Assembly (NCBI GenBank): GCA_016180235.1
Contig: JACPBQ010000004.1
Location: 303,674 to 367,673 of the forward strand
Length of the DNA: 64,000 nucleotides
From: Candidatus Woesearchaeota archaeon
GTDB lineage: Archaea; Nanobdellota; Nanobdellia; Woesearchaeales; GW2011-AR4
Reading direction: 5' to 3'
Shown: positions 9,880-18,514 of the stretch, in pieces
Position numbering within the stretch: the stretch's first letter is position 1
Layout of the letters: every line of letters begins with the position of its first letter
Notes under the pieces: generated by a model
Databases searched by the model: none
Told to the model about the DNA's origin: nothing
What the model saw: only the letters and a program-made list of their open reading frames with translations
Position numbers and translations under genes: made by a program

Positions 9880-12429
9880 TTGAAGATGCCAAAAACTTAT
9901 ATTCAGAAATCAAGGAAGGCTTTTAACGGGAAAAAAGGGCAGGCTAACCTTAATCCCGGGTTTGTCACAAGGGTAGCTTCCCATGTCGAAAAGCACACTT
10001 CCGACAAAGGCACTTATTTCCTGGTTTTAGCTTTCATAATATTCCTGATAGACCTGTCAACGACTTTTTTCGGCTTATTTCCCTTAGGGCCAAGGTACGC
10101 GGGATTTGAATGGGTCTGGGGATTTGATTTTGTAAACATTTTAGCAAATATAGTGGCCTCAGGAATCTTCGGGACATTCGCCCTGTTTTTCATAATAGTC
10201 AAGATTGCCAGGAGAGACCTGCAGACATTAGGCGCAGAGGCAGTCAGCTTCGGCTTTTTTGCCATAGTGATGACTTTCTTCATACTCAACAATAACTGGA
10301 TAGGAACCCCAAAGGCAATTATCCATTTTATTTTTATAATAGTCTTTAGCTTTACATTCATAAAGTCCAATGAAGATGCCCCGGCTTTCTATTTTTTCAC
10401 AGCTCTGCTTTTGCTGATAGATTTTTTCGGATACACTTTACTCAGCAATTTAGTGATTTTGAGGTATTTACCTTTTCTCCTGATTTTTGTGATATTTTAC
10501 ATATACGGGAAAACACAAAATGGATGGTCAATAATGTTCGTCATACTTCTGCTGATAGTGCTGTTCATTTTTGCCTACAAGGATGTCAAGGCGCAGGGAG
10601 GTGACTTGTCTTTCATAGCAAAGACTGATGCGCCCACTCTTGAGCAGACCAAAGACGATTTCTTCAAAGGCCTGCAGAACTTCTATAATTCATGGCAGAT
10701 TTCCCTGCAAAGGCAGATAAGGTATGCAATAACCGGAAAAGTGGAGCAAAACCAGTACGAGCCTCTTGGAGTCTATCTTGAGAAAGTAAAATCTGCTGAT
10801 ACCAAGTATTATGAAAATGAAGATGTTGTAATCTGGGGTACTGTAAGGGCAAGAACCCTTGACGACCCGATAAACGTGAAGATTGGATGCTATGTCAGGG
10901 ACGGCAGCAACAGGGTGCAGACAAAAGATGTCGAGCCCCCAACCGCTTTTCCGGTATTTACACTTGAAGAGCAGGACTTTGCATGCACTTTCAAAAACAA
11001 GGACTTTTTAAACATATTAAAATCAGGCTCCAATTCCATAACAGCTTTTGCAGATTTTAATTTCGAGACATTGGCTTTCCTTAAAGTGTATTTCATGGAC
11101 AGGGAAAGATTAAGGGCCATGACCAGGGAAAACCTTGACCCGTTTGACGAATTCGGGATAAAAGACAAAAAGCCTGTGTCAAAATCCACAAACGGGCCAA
11201 CCCATATCGGGATGGAAACAACAAGTCCATTAGTCGGGGTAGGAAGCAGCTATATAACATTCCCGACACTAAGCATGAGCATACAGAGCAACCAGGGATG
11301 GGAGGGCAGGATAAAGAAATTCAGCGAAATAATACTCCTGCTGCCTAAAGGCGTGGGGCTTACAGACCCGCAAACAGACTGCGGAGAGCGGAAATTCACC
11401 GCTTACGATTCCGGGCAGTGCAAAGAAAGTTCCTGCGGGAAAGTCAATAAAGAATGTACAGATGTGTGTGACAAGGGATATCCCGACAGCCAACCCAACA
11501 GCCAATTTGACAGGGATAATTGCAAGGCGTCATGCAATGAGAAGCTGGCAATTTGCCAGAAAGACTGTGATTTCCTGTTCCAGGAGGAAGGGCAGCAATA
11601 TCTCGGCTTTGCATTGGACAAGTCAGACATAGACAAAATAAATACAAAGCTTGCCAAAGATGATTTTAGTGGCAGCGTGCAAAATTTTGAATTCTTCAGA
11701 TGCAAACTGAGCCCAAAACCAGAAGAAGTCCTGGAAAACTCGCCAATAACTACCAAGTCAATAAGGGCCAAGATAAGGTACGATTACACTGTCGAGAAGC
11801 CGGTAGCAGTTAGAATAGAAAAATTAGGGATAGATGAAAGGACTTCAAAAATAGGAGAAGTATCAGTCACAGGAGCATCAGAAACAGAAAATAAGGTAAT
11901 ACAACTGGCAAATTCATTGTCCAGTAACCCGCCTTTGACAGCTTCGATAGCAAATCGGGAAACAAGGTTCGATCATTGCACTGACGGAACATTAATCTGC
12001 GGAACATCCAATCCACAAAATGTAAACTGCAACCCATCCGGAAGCTGCGGAGTAATGCAGATAAACAAAAATGCACATCCCGACTTGTTCACGCTAGGAA
12101 CCACAAGGCTTAATTCGTTTGGATGCCTAACCGGAGAAACTGCATATGACATTGACTGCAACATAAAATCCGGAATAGGTATTCTGCAATCCTATTATAA
12201 CACTTATGGCAATAATAAGGCGCTGTATGAATCCACTGTTGATGCAAAATGCTCTGCTGCTAATAACTTTGAATTGAATGCAAAATATAAAGCATATATA
12301 AATCCGTGGGACAGGGCATTGAGGGCCTACAATGGCTTCGGATGCACTCCTCCGGGAGCAGACGTAAATTATGTGGAGGAAGTAAACAAAATAAAAGATG
12401 CAAGATATTCGGGGAAGGCAGTCTCCTGA
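9880..12429 (+). CDS. Large polytopic membrane protein with ectodomain, Cys-rich stretch and C-terminal SLT-like lytic transglycosylase domain
   Basis: 849-aa ORF. It has roughly 6-8 TM helices in residues ~45-235 and 11 Cys between nt ~11360-11580. The C-terminus carries the SLT motifs NRETRFD (Glu at 11959-11961), CGVMQINKN, NIKSGIGILQSYY and RAYNGFG. Confidence 0.7.
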   Translation: MKMPKTYIQKSRKAFNGKKGQANLNPGFVTRVASHVEKHTSDKGTYFLVLAFIIFLIDLSTTFFGLFPLGPRYAGFEWVWGFDFVNILANIVASGIFGTFALFFIIVKIARRDLQTLGAEAVSFGFFAIVMTFFILNNNWIGTPKAIIHFIFIIVFSFTFIKSNEDAPAFYFFTALLLLIDFFGYTLLSNLVILRYLPFLLIFVIFYIYGKTQNGWSIMFVILLLIVLFIFAYKDVKAQGGDLSFIAKTDAPTLEQTKDDFFKGLQNFYNSWQISLQRQIRYAITGKVEQNQYEPLGVYLEKVKSADTKYYENEDVVIWGTVRARTLDDPINVKIGCYVRDGSNRVQTKDVEPPTAFPVFTLEEQDFACTFKNKDFLNILKSGSNSITAFADFNFETLAFLKVYFMDRERLRAMTRENLDPFDEFGIKDKKPVSKSTNGPTHIGMETTSPLVGVGSSYITFPTLSMSIQSNQGWEGRIKKFSEIILLLPKGVGLTDPQTDCGERKFTAYDSGQCKESSCGKVNKECTDVCDKGYPDSQPNSQFDRDNCKASCNEKLAICQKDCDFLFQEEGQQYLGFALDKSDIDKINTKLAKDDFSGSVQNFEFFRCKLSPKPEEVLENSPITTKSIRAKIRYDYTVEKPVAVRIEKLGIDERTSKIGEVSVTGASETENKVIQLANSLSSNPPLTASIANRETRFDHCTDGTLICGTSNPQNVNCNPSGSCGVMQINKNAHPDLFTLGTTRLNSFGCLTGETAYDIDCNIKSGIGILQSYYNTYGNNKALYESTVDAKCSAANNFELNAKYKAYINPWDRALRAYNGFGCTPPGADVNYVEEVNKIKDARYSGKAVS

Positions 12430-12446
12430 GATAAAATTACACTAAA

Positions 12447-13397
12447 ATGAAAAAAAGCATTATCTTGATTTCAATACTATTGATTTTTATAATAGCCGGC
12501 TGCAAAGGAAGCACAAGCAGCAAGTCAATAACAGATGAAGATGTGAGGAAAGGCGTTGACGGCCTGACAACTGTGTTTATTAATAATGCCCCTCCGGACA
12601 GGGTCTTTGAGCAGAGCGTTTTCCCCATAGGCATCGAGCTCAAGAATAAAGGAGCCTTTGACATCCAAAAGGGCTTTCTCGTGCTTGGGTTCGAGAAGGA
12701 ATATGTAAATGCGGTTTCAGGACAAGAAAAAGAAACATTTGACATAAAAGGAAAATCGATATTCAACCTTAACGGGGACCAGACATTCATAACAGTAAAT
12801 GCAGCGGCAAAGCAGGTAGGCTCGCAAAGCGAAACACATGCATCCACGATATTTGTTACGGCGTGCTACCCTTACAGGACAGTTTTAGGAACGTCAGCCT
12901 GCATCGACACTGACATCTTTGGCCAGCAGCTGAGGAAAAAAGCGTGTCAGGCAAAAGACCTGCAGTTTGACAAGGGGCAGGGAGGCCCTGTAGCAATAAC
13001 AAAAGTAGAGGTAAGGATGCTGCCTGACGCAGACAATGACCCAAACAAAATTATACCCCATTTCATAATATACCTGGAAAACAAGGGAACCGGAGAGGTA
13101 GTTGCTGCAGACAAGGTAGAAGATGTGTGCTCGAAAAAGCCACTTGGATTCAAAGATTTCAATAAGGTAACTGTGAAAGCATCATTATCAGACAAAGAGC
13201 TTAACTGCAATCTTGGAGAAGCAGAAAATTCCGAATCCAGGCTAAGGGAGAAAAAAGATGTTGTAAGATGCACGCTTGCGGAGGGCATAGACAGAAACAG
13301 GGATGCATTCACCTCACCCTTGAAGATAGAGGTCGATTATGGTTACACATTGACAATATCGAAAGATATAACAATAGAAAAGATTTTGACATATTAA
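12447..13397 (+). CDS. Secreted lipobox protein, paralog A (unknown family)
   Basis: Signal peptide plus lipobox IIAGC. Conserved blocks shared with the next gene: ACYPY...ACID, GGPVAITKVE, SPLKIEVDYGYT. Confidence 0.6.
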   Translation: MKKSIILISILLIFIIAGCKGSTSSKSITDEDVRKGVDGLTTVFINNAPPDRVFEQSVFPIGIELKNKGAFDIQKGFLVLGFEKEYVNAVSGQEKETFDIKGKSIFNLNGDQTFITVNAAAKQVGSQSETHASTIFVTACYPYRTVLGTSACIDTDIFGQQLRKKACQAKDLQFDKGQGGPVAITKVEVRMLPDADNDPNKIIPHFIIYLENKGTGEVVAADKVEDVCSKKPLGFKDFNKVTVKASLSDKELNCNLGEAENSESRLREKKDVVRCTLAEGIDRNRDAFTSPLKIEVDYGYTLTISKDITIEKILTY

Positions 13398-13398
13398 T

Positions 13399-14382
13399 AT
13401 GGCCAGAAATACAGGCATAAAGCTCGGAATCTTTTTTTTCATTATACTTTTAATTCTTGTTTCAGGATGCCAGGCAAAAACAGGAAAGCAGAGCAGCAAA
13501 GACCCTTCAGCAGGGACAGATGGCTTAATAATAAATTTCCTGGCAAACAATCCTCAGGATAATTACATAGTGACAGATGAGCAGGAAGAGCCTATCTCCA
13601 TAATCCTGGAGCTTAGAAACAAGGGATCCTATCCAAGAGACAATGATGTTAATGAGCTTAGCAGAGGCCAGGTTTACATAAGCGGCTTTGACGGTAACAT
13701 CATACACATGGAAGAGGCTGAAAAAAGGCTCGACAGGCAGTTCCTGGAAGGGAGAAGCCCGATAAACCCCGAAGGAGGATTTGACACGATTGAATTCAAG
13801 GGAAACATATACACTTCCGGAATTGTCATAGAAAAATATGAGCCGACTATTTTAGCTACTTTGTGCTATCCTTACGCGACAAAAGCAAGCCCTTCAGCCT
13901 GCATAGACCCTTTTCCATTTGATCAGAAACAGAAGAAAGTGTGCAAAATCGGAAGCCAGACCCTGACAAGCCAGGGGGCACCAATAGCAATAACGAGCAT
14001 TGACCAGGAAGCATCAAGCAGCAAGATACAGTTCAAGATAAACCTCAAGAACGCAGGAAAAGGAGACATAATAAAGATAGAGTCACTGGAGAAATGCAAC
14101 CCTACAGGAGGCCAGGCTCTAGAAAGAAATGATTTTGACAGGATAGAGCTGGTAAGGGCAGAAGCCGGATTAGTTCCGTTGAGCTGCGGCCCATTTACAG
14201 AAGGCAATGGCATAATCAGGATGAGCAACGGGCAGGGATTCATAATATGCAGCATCAATAAGGAAGACTACCAGGATACAAAATCAGCATATACGACCCC
14301 ATTAAACCTTGAATTCAGGTATGGCTACAGGACTACTGCTTCAAAGCCGATAAAGATAACAAAGATAACTTCAACAGGCTGA
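13399..14382 (+). CDS. Secreted lipobox protein, paralog B (unknown family)
   Basis: Signal peptide plus lipobox LVSGC. Blocks LCYPY...ACID, QGAPIAITSID and TPLNLEFRYGYR are collinear with paralog A. The start is 1 nt after the upstream stop. Confidence 0.6.
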   Translation: MARNTGIKLGIFFFIILLILVSGCQAKTGKQSSKDPSAGTDGLIINFLANNPQDNYIVTDEQEEPISIILELRNKGSYPRDNDVNELSRGQVYISGFDGNIIHMEEAEKRLDRQFLEGRSPINPEGGFDTIEFKGNIYTSGIVIEKYEPTILATLCYPYATKASPSACIDPFPFDQKQKKVCKIGSQTLTSQGAPIAITSIDQEASSSKIQFKINLKNAGKGDIIKIESLEKCNPTGGQALERNDFDRIELVRAEAGLVPLSCGPFTEGNGIIRMSNGQGFIICSINKEDYQDTKSAYTTPLNLEFRYGYRTTASKPIKITKITSTG

Positions 14383-14608
14383 TAGCTAAGCTAAATGACA
14401 CAAATATTCCGATTTTTAAGCATAAAGTTTTTGTACGAAAACTTTATATACTAGTTCTGTATGAATTATTTTGTTTTGACTATAGAGTTAAAAATTAGTG
14501 AAACTGAAAAGCAATGAAAGTACTGCAGTGAGGTAAAAAAGCGTAACATATTAATAGTAGTATCAATCCTTTTGTCCCCTTACAATTAAAAAAAGGGGGT
14601 AGGTTTTT

Positions 14609-15303
14609 ATGATAGTAAAAGAAGAGTTTTTGAGCAAGCTAAGAAGATATTTTTCTTTGAATCTGTACGAAGTAAAGATATGGACTGCTCTGCTCTCAAG
14701 AGGAGTAAGCACAGCAGGAGAGCTTTCTGACATAGCCAATGTTCCAAGAAGCAGGAGCTATGACATGATGCAAAAGAAGCGGTAAAAAGGCTTGAAGATC
14801 TTAAAAAAACAGACATAGTGAATGAGCTCAATACTCTGCATACGCAAGGTGTTGAATTAGTTGAGCCCGCAGATCTTTCCGGCTCTTTGAAGGGAAGGCA
14901 CAACCTCTACAATCATTTGGAGCTTACGATAAGGAATGCTGAAAATTCTGTTGACATAATGACCACGAGCCAGGGTCTTATGAGGAAGATAGAAGGCTTC
15001 AAGCCAACTTTTGAGAAATTAAAGAAGAGGGGGGTAAAAATAAGGATTGCAGCTCCCTTGACAAAAGAAACAATGGCAGCAGTCAAGGATATAGGCTCTG
15101 TAGCAGAGATAAGGAACACTGACTCAAAGGCAAGGTTTGTCATTGTTGACGGCAAGGAATTGATATTCATGATAATGGATGACCAGGAAGTCCATCCGAC
15201 TTACGATGTAGGGATATGGGTGAACAGCCCATTCTTCTCCAGCGCACTGGAAAGCCTGTTCAGCACTGCATGGAAAGGAATGAAGACTACAGCAACAAAA
15301 TAA
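14609..15303 (+). pseudogene. TrmB-family transcriptional regulator disrupted by an out-of-frame internal deletion
   Basis: A 58-codon frame from the ATG at 14609 encodes a wHTH up to VPRSRSYD and stops at 14783-14785. The remainder (AKEAVKRLEDLKK... to 15303) is open in another frame from 14764. Confidence 0.6.
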
Positions 15304-15347
15304 AATAATTATCTTTCTTTTTCCTTTATTTATCTTAAACAAAAGAA

Positions 15348-15355
15348 TTATAAAA
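15348..15355 (+). promoter_or_regulatory. TATA-box-like element upstream of transketolase genes
   Basis: ttataaaa lies 25 nt upstream of the ATG at 15381. Confidence 0.4.
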
Positions 15356-15380
15356 TCATAGCCCATTCTATACAGTTAAA

Positions 15381-16205
15381 ATGGATGATAAAAAATTCAC
15401 AGAGCTGAAACAGATAGCAAACGAAATAAGGAAGGAGTCCATAATAATGACCCACAGGGCGCAATCCGGGCATCCAGGAGGCTCTTTGTCTGAAGCTGAC
15501 ATATTGGCAGCTTTGTATTTCTACAAATTGAACATAAATCCGAAAAAGCCTGACTGGAATGAAAGGGACAGGTTTGTACTGAGCAAGGGGCATGCGTCTC
15601 CCGGCTACTATGCTGCCCTGGCACTGAAGGGATTTTTCCCAAAAAAAGAGCTGGAGAATTTCAGGAAGATAAACAGCATGCTCCAGGGGCATCCGGAACT
15701 GAGCACGCCAGGAGTTGATTTTGCCGGTGGCAGCCTAGGACAGGGGGTTCCAGTTGCAAACGGAATGGCGCTTGCAGGAAAATTGGACAAAAAAAATTAC
15801 AAAGTCTATGTTTTGATTGGAGACGGAGAAGCGCAGGAAGGCGTTGTATGGGAAGCTTCTATGTCGGCCGCTTTTTATAAATTGGATAATTTAGTCTATA
15901 TCCTGGATAAAAACCAGGTTCAGCAGACAGGCTTTACAAAAAATATTATGGATATAGGCAATGCAGCAGAAAAATGGAAAGCATTCGACTTTAATGTAAT
16001 TGAAATAGATGGGCATGATATGGAGCAAATAATCAATGCATTGGATAAAGCAGACAAAAACAAAGGAAGGCCGACAATGATTGTTGCCAACACAATAAAG
16101 GGCAAAGGAGTTTCATTCATGGAATTAAATCACAAATTCCATGGAAAAGCGCCCAATGACGGGGAATTCAGGAAAGCAATGGAAGAGCTGAACAGAAATG
16201 GTTGA
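15381..16205 (+). CDS. tkt: Transketolase, N-terminal (TPP-binding) subunit
   Basis: 274-aa ORF with SGHPGGSLS and the GDGEAQEG TPP-binding motif. The split form is typical of archaea. Confidence 0.9.
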   Translation: MDDKKFTELKQIANEIRKESIIMTHRAQSGHPGGSLSEADILAALYFYKLNINPKKPDWNERDRFVLSKGHASPGYYAALALKGFFPKKELENFRKINSMLQGHPELSTPGVDFAGGSLGQGVPVANGMALAGKLDKKNYKVYVLIGDGEAQEGVVWEASMSAAFYKLDNLVYILDKNQVQQTGFTKNIMDIGNAAEKWKAFDFNVIEIDGHDMEQIINALDKADKNKGRPTMIVANTIKGKGVSFMELNHKFHGKAPNDGEFRKAMEELNRNG

Positions 16206-16575
16206 TATAGAATTTCAATACTATGATAAAACTACATGTAAAAGGTGCATATCCACGGATAAATCCGTGAAATTGACATTAAGAGAACTGAAAAAAGCAA
16301 TAAAAAACACCAACATCAGAATCAATTTTAAAGAAAGGAAATTGCCAGAATCAAAAATCCATCTTTCCCCATCCATCCTGATTGATGGCAAAGATGCTGA
16401 AAAAGTATTGAATAAAAATTCAAAGTTAAAGACTAATGAATGCTCAGATTGCTGTCATTTAACAAGCCAACCTGTTGTAAATTGCAGAACTTTCAACTAC
16501 AAAGGGGAAAATTATGATTATATGCCCAAGGAAATGATTACGGAAGCTATAAATCTTGTATTAAAGACCAGATGA
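16198..16575 (+). CDS. Small Cys-containing thioredoxin-like protein resembling DUF2703
   Basis: 125-aa ORF overlapping the tkt-N stop by 8 nt. It has CKRC near the N-terminus, SPSILIDG, CSDCC, and CRTFNYKGENYDYMPKEMI at the C-terminus. Confidence 0.55.
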   Translation: MVDIEFQYYDKTTCKRCISTDKSVKLTLRELKKAIKNTNIRINFKERKLPESKIHLSPSILIDGKDAEKVLNKNSKLKTNECSDCCHLTSQPVVNCRTFNYKGENYDYMPKEMITEAINLVLKTR

Positions 16576-16594
16576 ATTTTATTAATCGACTAAA

Positions 16595-17551
16595 ATGGCA
16601 GGCATTGTAAAGGAAGAAAAAGGAAAAGAAGCGACAAGAGACGGCTATGGAAAAGGCTTGGTAAAGGCAGGCATCAAAAACAATAATGTCGTTGCTCTGG
16701 ACGCTGATTTGAGCGACAGCACAAGAAGCGAATGGTTCAGGGAAAAATTCCCAGACAGGTTCTTCAGCATTGGCATCGCAGAGCAGGATATGATAGGGAC
16801 AGCTGCGGGATTATCTTTGTCGGGAAAGATTCCGTATGCAAGCACTTTTGCAATATTTTCTGAAAGGGCATTCGAATTGACAAGGAACATCATTTCAAGA
16901 AACAAACTGAATGTCAAGATTGCAGGAAGCCATGCAGGACTTTCAACAGGCGAAGATGGAAAAAGCGCGCAGGCAATTGAAGACATAGGCATATACAGAT
17001 GCCTGCCTAATATGGTTGTGATACAGCCTGCTGATGCTGTTGAAGCAGAAAAAGCTGTTGTTGCTTTATTAGACTATAAAGGCCCAAGCTACATGAGAAT
17101 ATTAAGAAATCCTTTGCCAATAATACACGATGAAAATTACAAATATAAAATCGGCGAAGGAGAGATATTAAGGAAAGGCAAGAACGCAGTCATATTCGCT
17201 ACTGGAACAATGGTCCATGAATCATTGAAAGTTGCGGATATTTTAAAAGAAAATAAGACTGATGTTTATGTAGTTAATATCCATACAATAAAGCCGATAG
17301 ACAAGAATCTAATAATAAATTTAGCAAAAAAGACAAACAATGTAATAACTGCAGAGGATCATAATATCATCGGAGGCCTTGGAAGCGCTGTTGCAGAAGT
17401 TTTGTCAGAGAATTATCCCTGCAGAATGCTCAGGATAGGCATGGAAGACAAATACGGAGAGTCAGGAAAGCCCGATGAACTGTATGAGAAGTATGGGTTG
17501 AATGCAGCTCATGTTGCAAGAAAGGTCAAGGATTTTATTAAAAAGAAATAA
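16595..17551 (+). CDS. tkt: Transketolase, C-terminal (pyrimidine-binding) subunit
   Basis: 318-aa ORF with the IGIAEQDMIGTAAGLS motif and the typical length of the C-terminal half. Confidence 0.9.
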   Translation: MAGIVKEEKGKEATRDGYGKGLVKAGIKNNNVVALDADLSDSTRSEWFREKFPDRFFSIGIAEQDMIGTAAGLSLSGKIPYASTFAIFSERAFELTRNIISRNKLNVKIAGSHAGLSTGEDGKSAQAIEDIGIYRCLPNMVVIQPADAVEAEKAVVALLDYKGPSYMRILRNPLPIIHDENYKYKIGEGEILRKGKNAVIFATGTMVHESLKVADILKENKTDVYVVNIHTIKPIDKNLIINLAKKTNNVITAEDHNIIGGLGSAVAEVLSENYPCRMLRIGMEDKYGESGKPDELYEKYGLNAAHVARKVKDFIKKK

Positions 17552-17635
17552 ATTATTAAAGCCAATAAAAACTGATACAATAATTTTAAAAACAATAATA
17601 AATTAACAAATATAAACAAAAATAATAAATCAAAA

Positions 17636-18292
17636 ATGAAAATCTTCCTCGACACGGCAAATTTAGCCGAAATTAAAAAAGCAGTAGATATAGGAATTTG
17701 TGATGGAGTTACAACCAATCCAACTTTGATCATGAAAGAAGGCAAAGACTATAAAAAGACACTGAAAGAAATCTGCTCAATTGTGAAAGGCCCTGTGAGC
17801 GCTGAAACTGTCTCTTTGAATGCAGAGGGAATGGTCAGGGAAGGAAAGGAATTTGCAAAAATAGCAAAAAATATTGTTGTCAAGGTTACAATGACTCCGG
17901 AGGGGATGAAGGCATGCAGGATGCTTACAAAATCGGGAATTAAAGTCAATACAACCTTGGTTTTTTCCGCTAACCAGGCCTTGCTGGCAGCGAAAGCAGG
18001 AACTTATCTTGTAAGCCCTTTTATTGGAAGACTGGATGACATTGGGGAGAAAGGCACTGAATTGATAAGGGAAATAAGGCAGATTTATGACAATTACGGC
18101 TTCAAATCACTTATTCTTGCAGCGAGCATAAGAAATGTGGAGCATGTCAAGGAAGTTGCGATGATGGGAGCGGACATAGCGACTATGCCGTTCAAAGTCT
18201 ATGAGCAGTTGTTTAATCATGCTTTGACGGATAAAGGGATTAAAATGTTTTTGGATGACTGGCAAAAACTGCAGAAGCAGCTTAAGAAATAA
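17636..18292 (+). CDS. tal: Transaldolase / fructose-6-phosphate aldolase (short type 3B)
   Basis: 218-aa ORF with [23 protein letters not shown] and VVKVTMT (Schiff-base lysine context). Confidence 0.9.
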   Translation: MKIFLDTANLAEIKKAVDIGICDGVTTNPTLIMKEGKDYKKTLKEICSIVKGPVSAETVSLNAEGMVREGKEFAKIAKNIVVKVTMTPEGMKACRMLTKSGIKVNTTLVFSANQALLAAKAGTYLVSPFIGRLDDIGEKGTELIREIRQIYDNYGFKSLILAASIRNVEHVKEVAMMGADIATMPFKVYEQLFNHALTDKGIKMFLDDWQKLQKQLKK

Positions 18293-18294
18293 AA

Positions 18295-18513
18295 CTAAAC
18301 ATCCTCTATCTCTTCCAATTCCTGCAAGGCTGCATCCAAACCATCATCAAATTCTTGTTCATATTCATCAGCAGCAGGTTCCTGCGCTTCATCAACTATC
18401 TCCATAGCATCAGATATTTCTTTAGTCTCAGAAACTTGTTGCTGGCATCCAATTAAGAATATGGCTAAAACCAACATTGCCAATAAAACCAACAAACTGT
18501 TTTTTATCCTCAT
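18295..18513 (-). CDS. Small acidic lipobox protein
   Basis: 72-aa ORF. A signal peptide ends in the lipobox LIGC and is followed by a very acidic tail. It lies 1 nt downstream of the preceding gene. Confidence 0.4.
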   Translation of the reverse strand: MRIKNSLLVLLAMLVLAIFLIGCQQQVSETKEISDAMEIVDEAQEPAADEYEQEFDDGLDAALQELEEIEDV

Positions 18514-18514
18514 C

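Noticed and set aside
9880-14382. Interpretation of the SLT domain + polytopic membrane protein + lipoproteins as a type IV secretion or conjugation module (VirB1/VirB6/VirB7-like)
   Set aside because: No VirB4/VirD4/VirB11-type ATPase, relaxase or pilus assembly gene is adjacent, and no sequence similarity to VirB6 or VirB7 was recognised. It is kept only as an uncharacterised envelope module.
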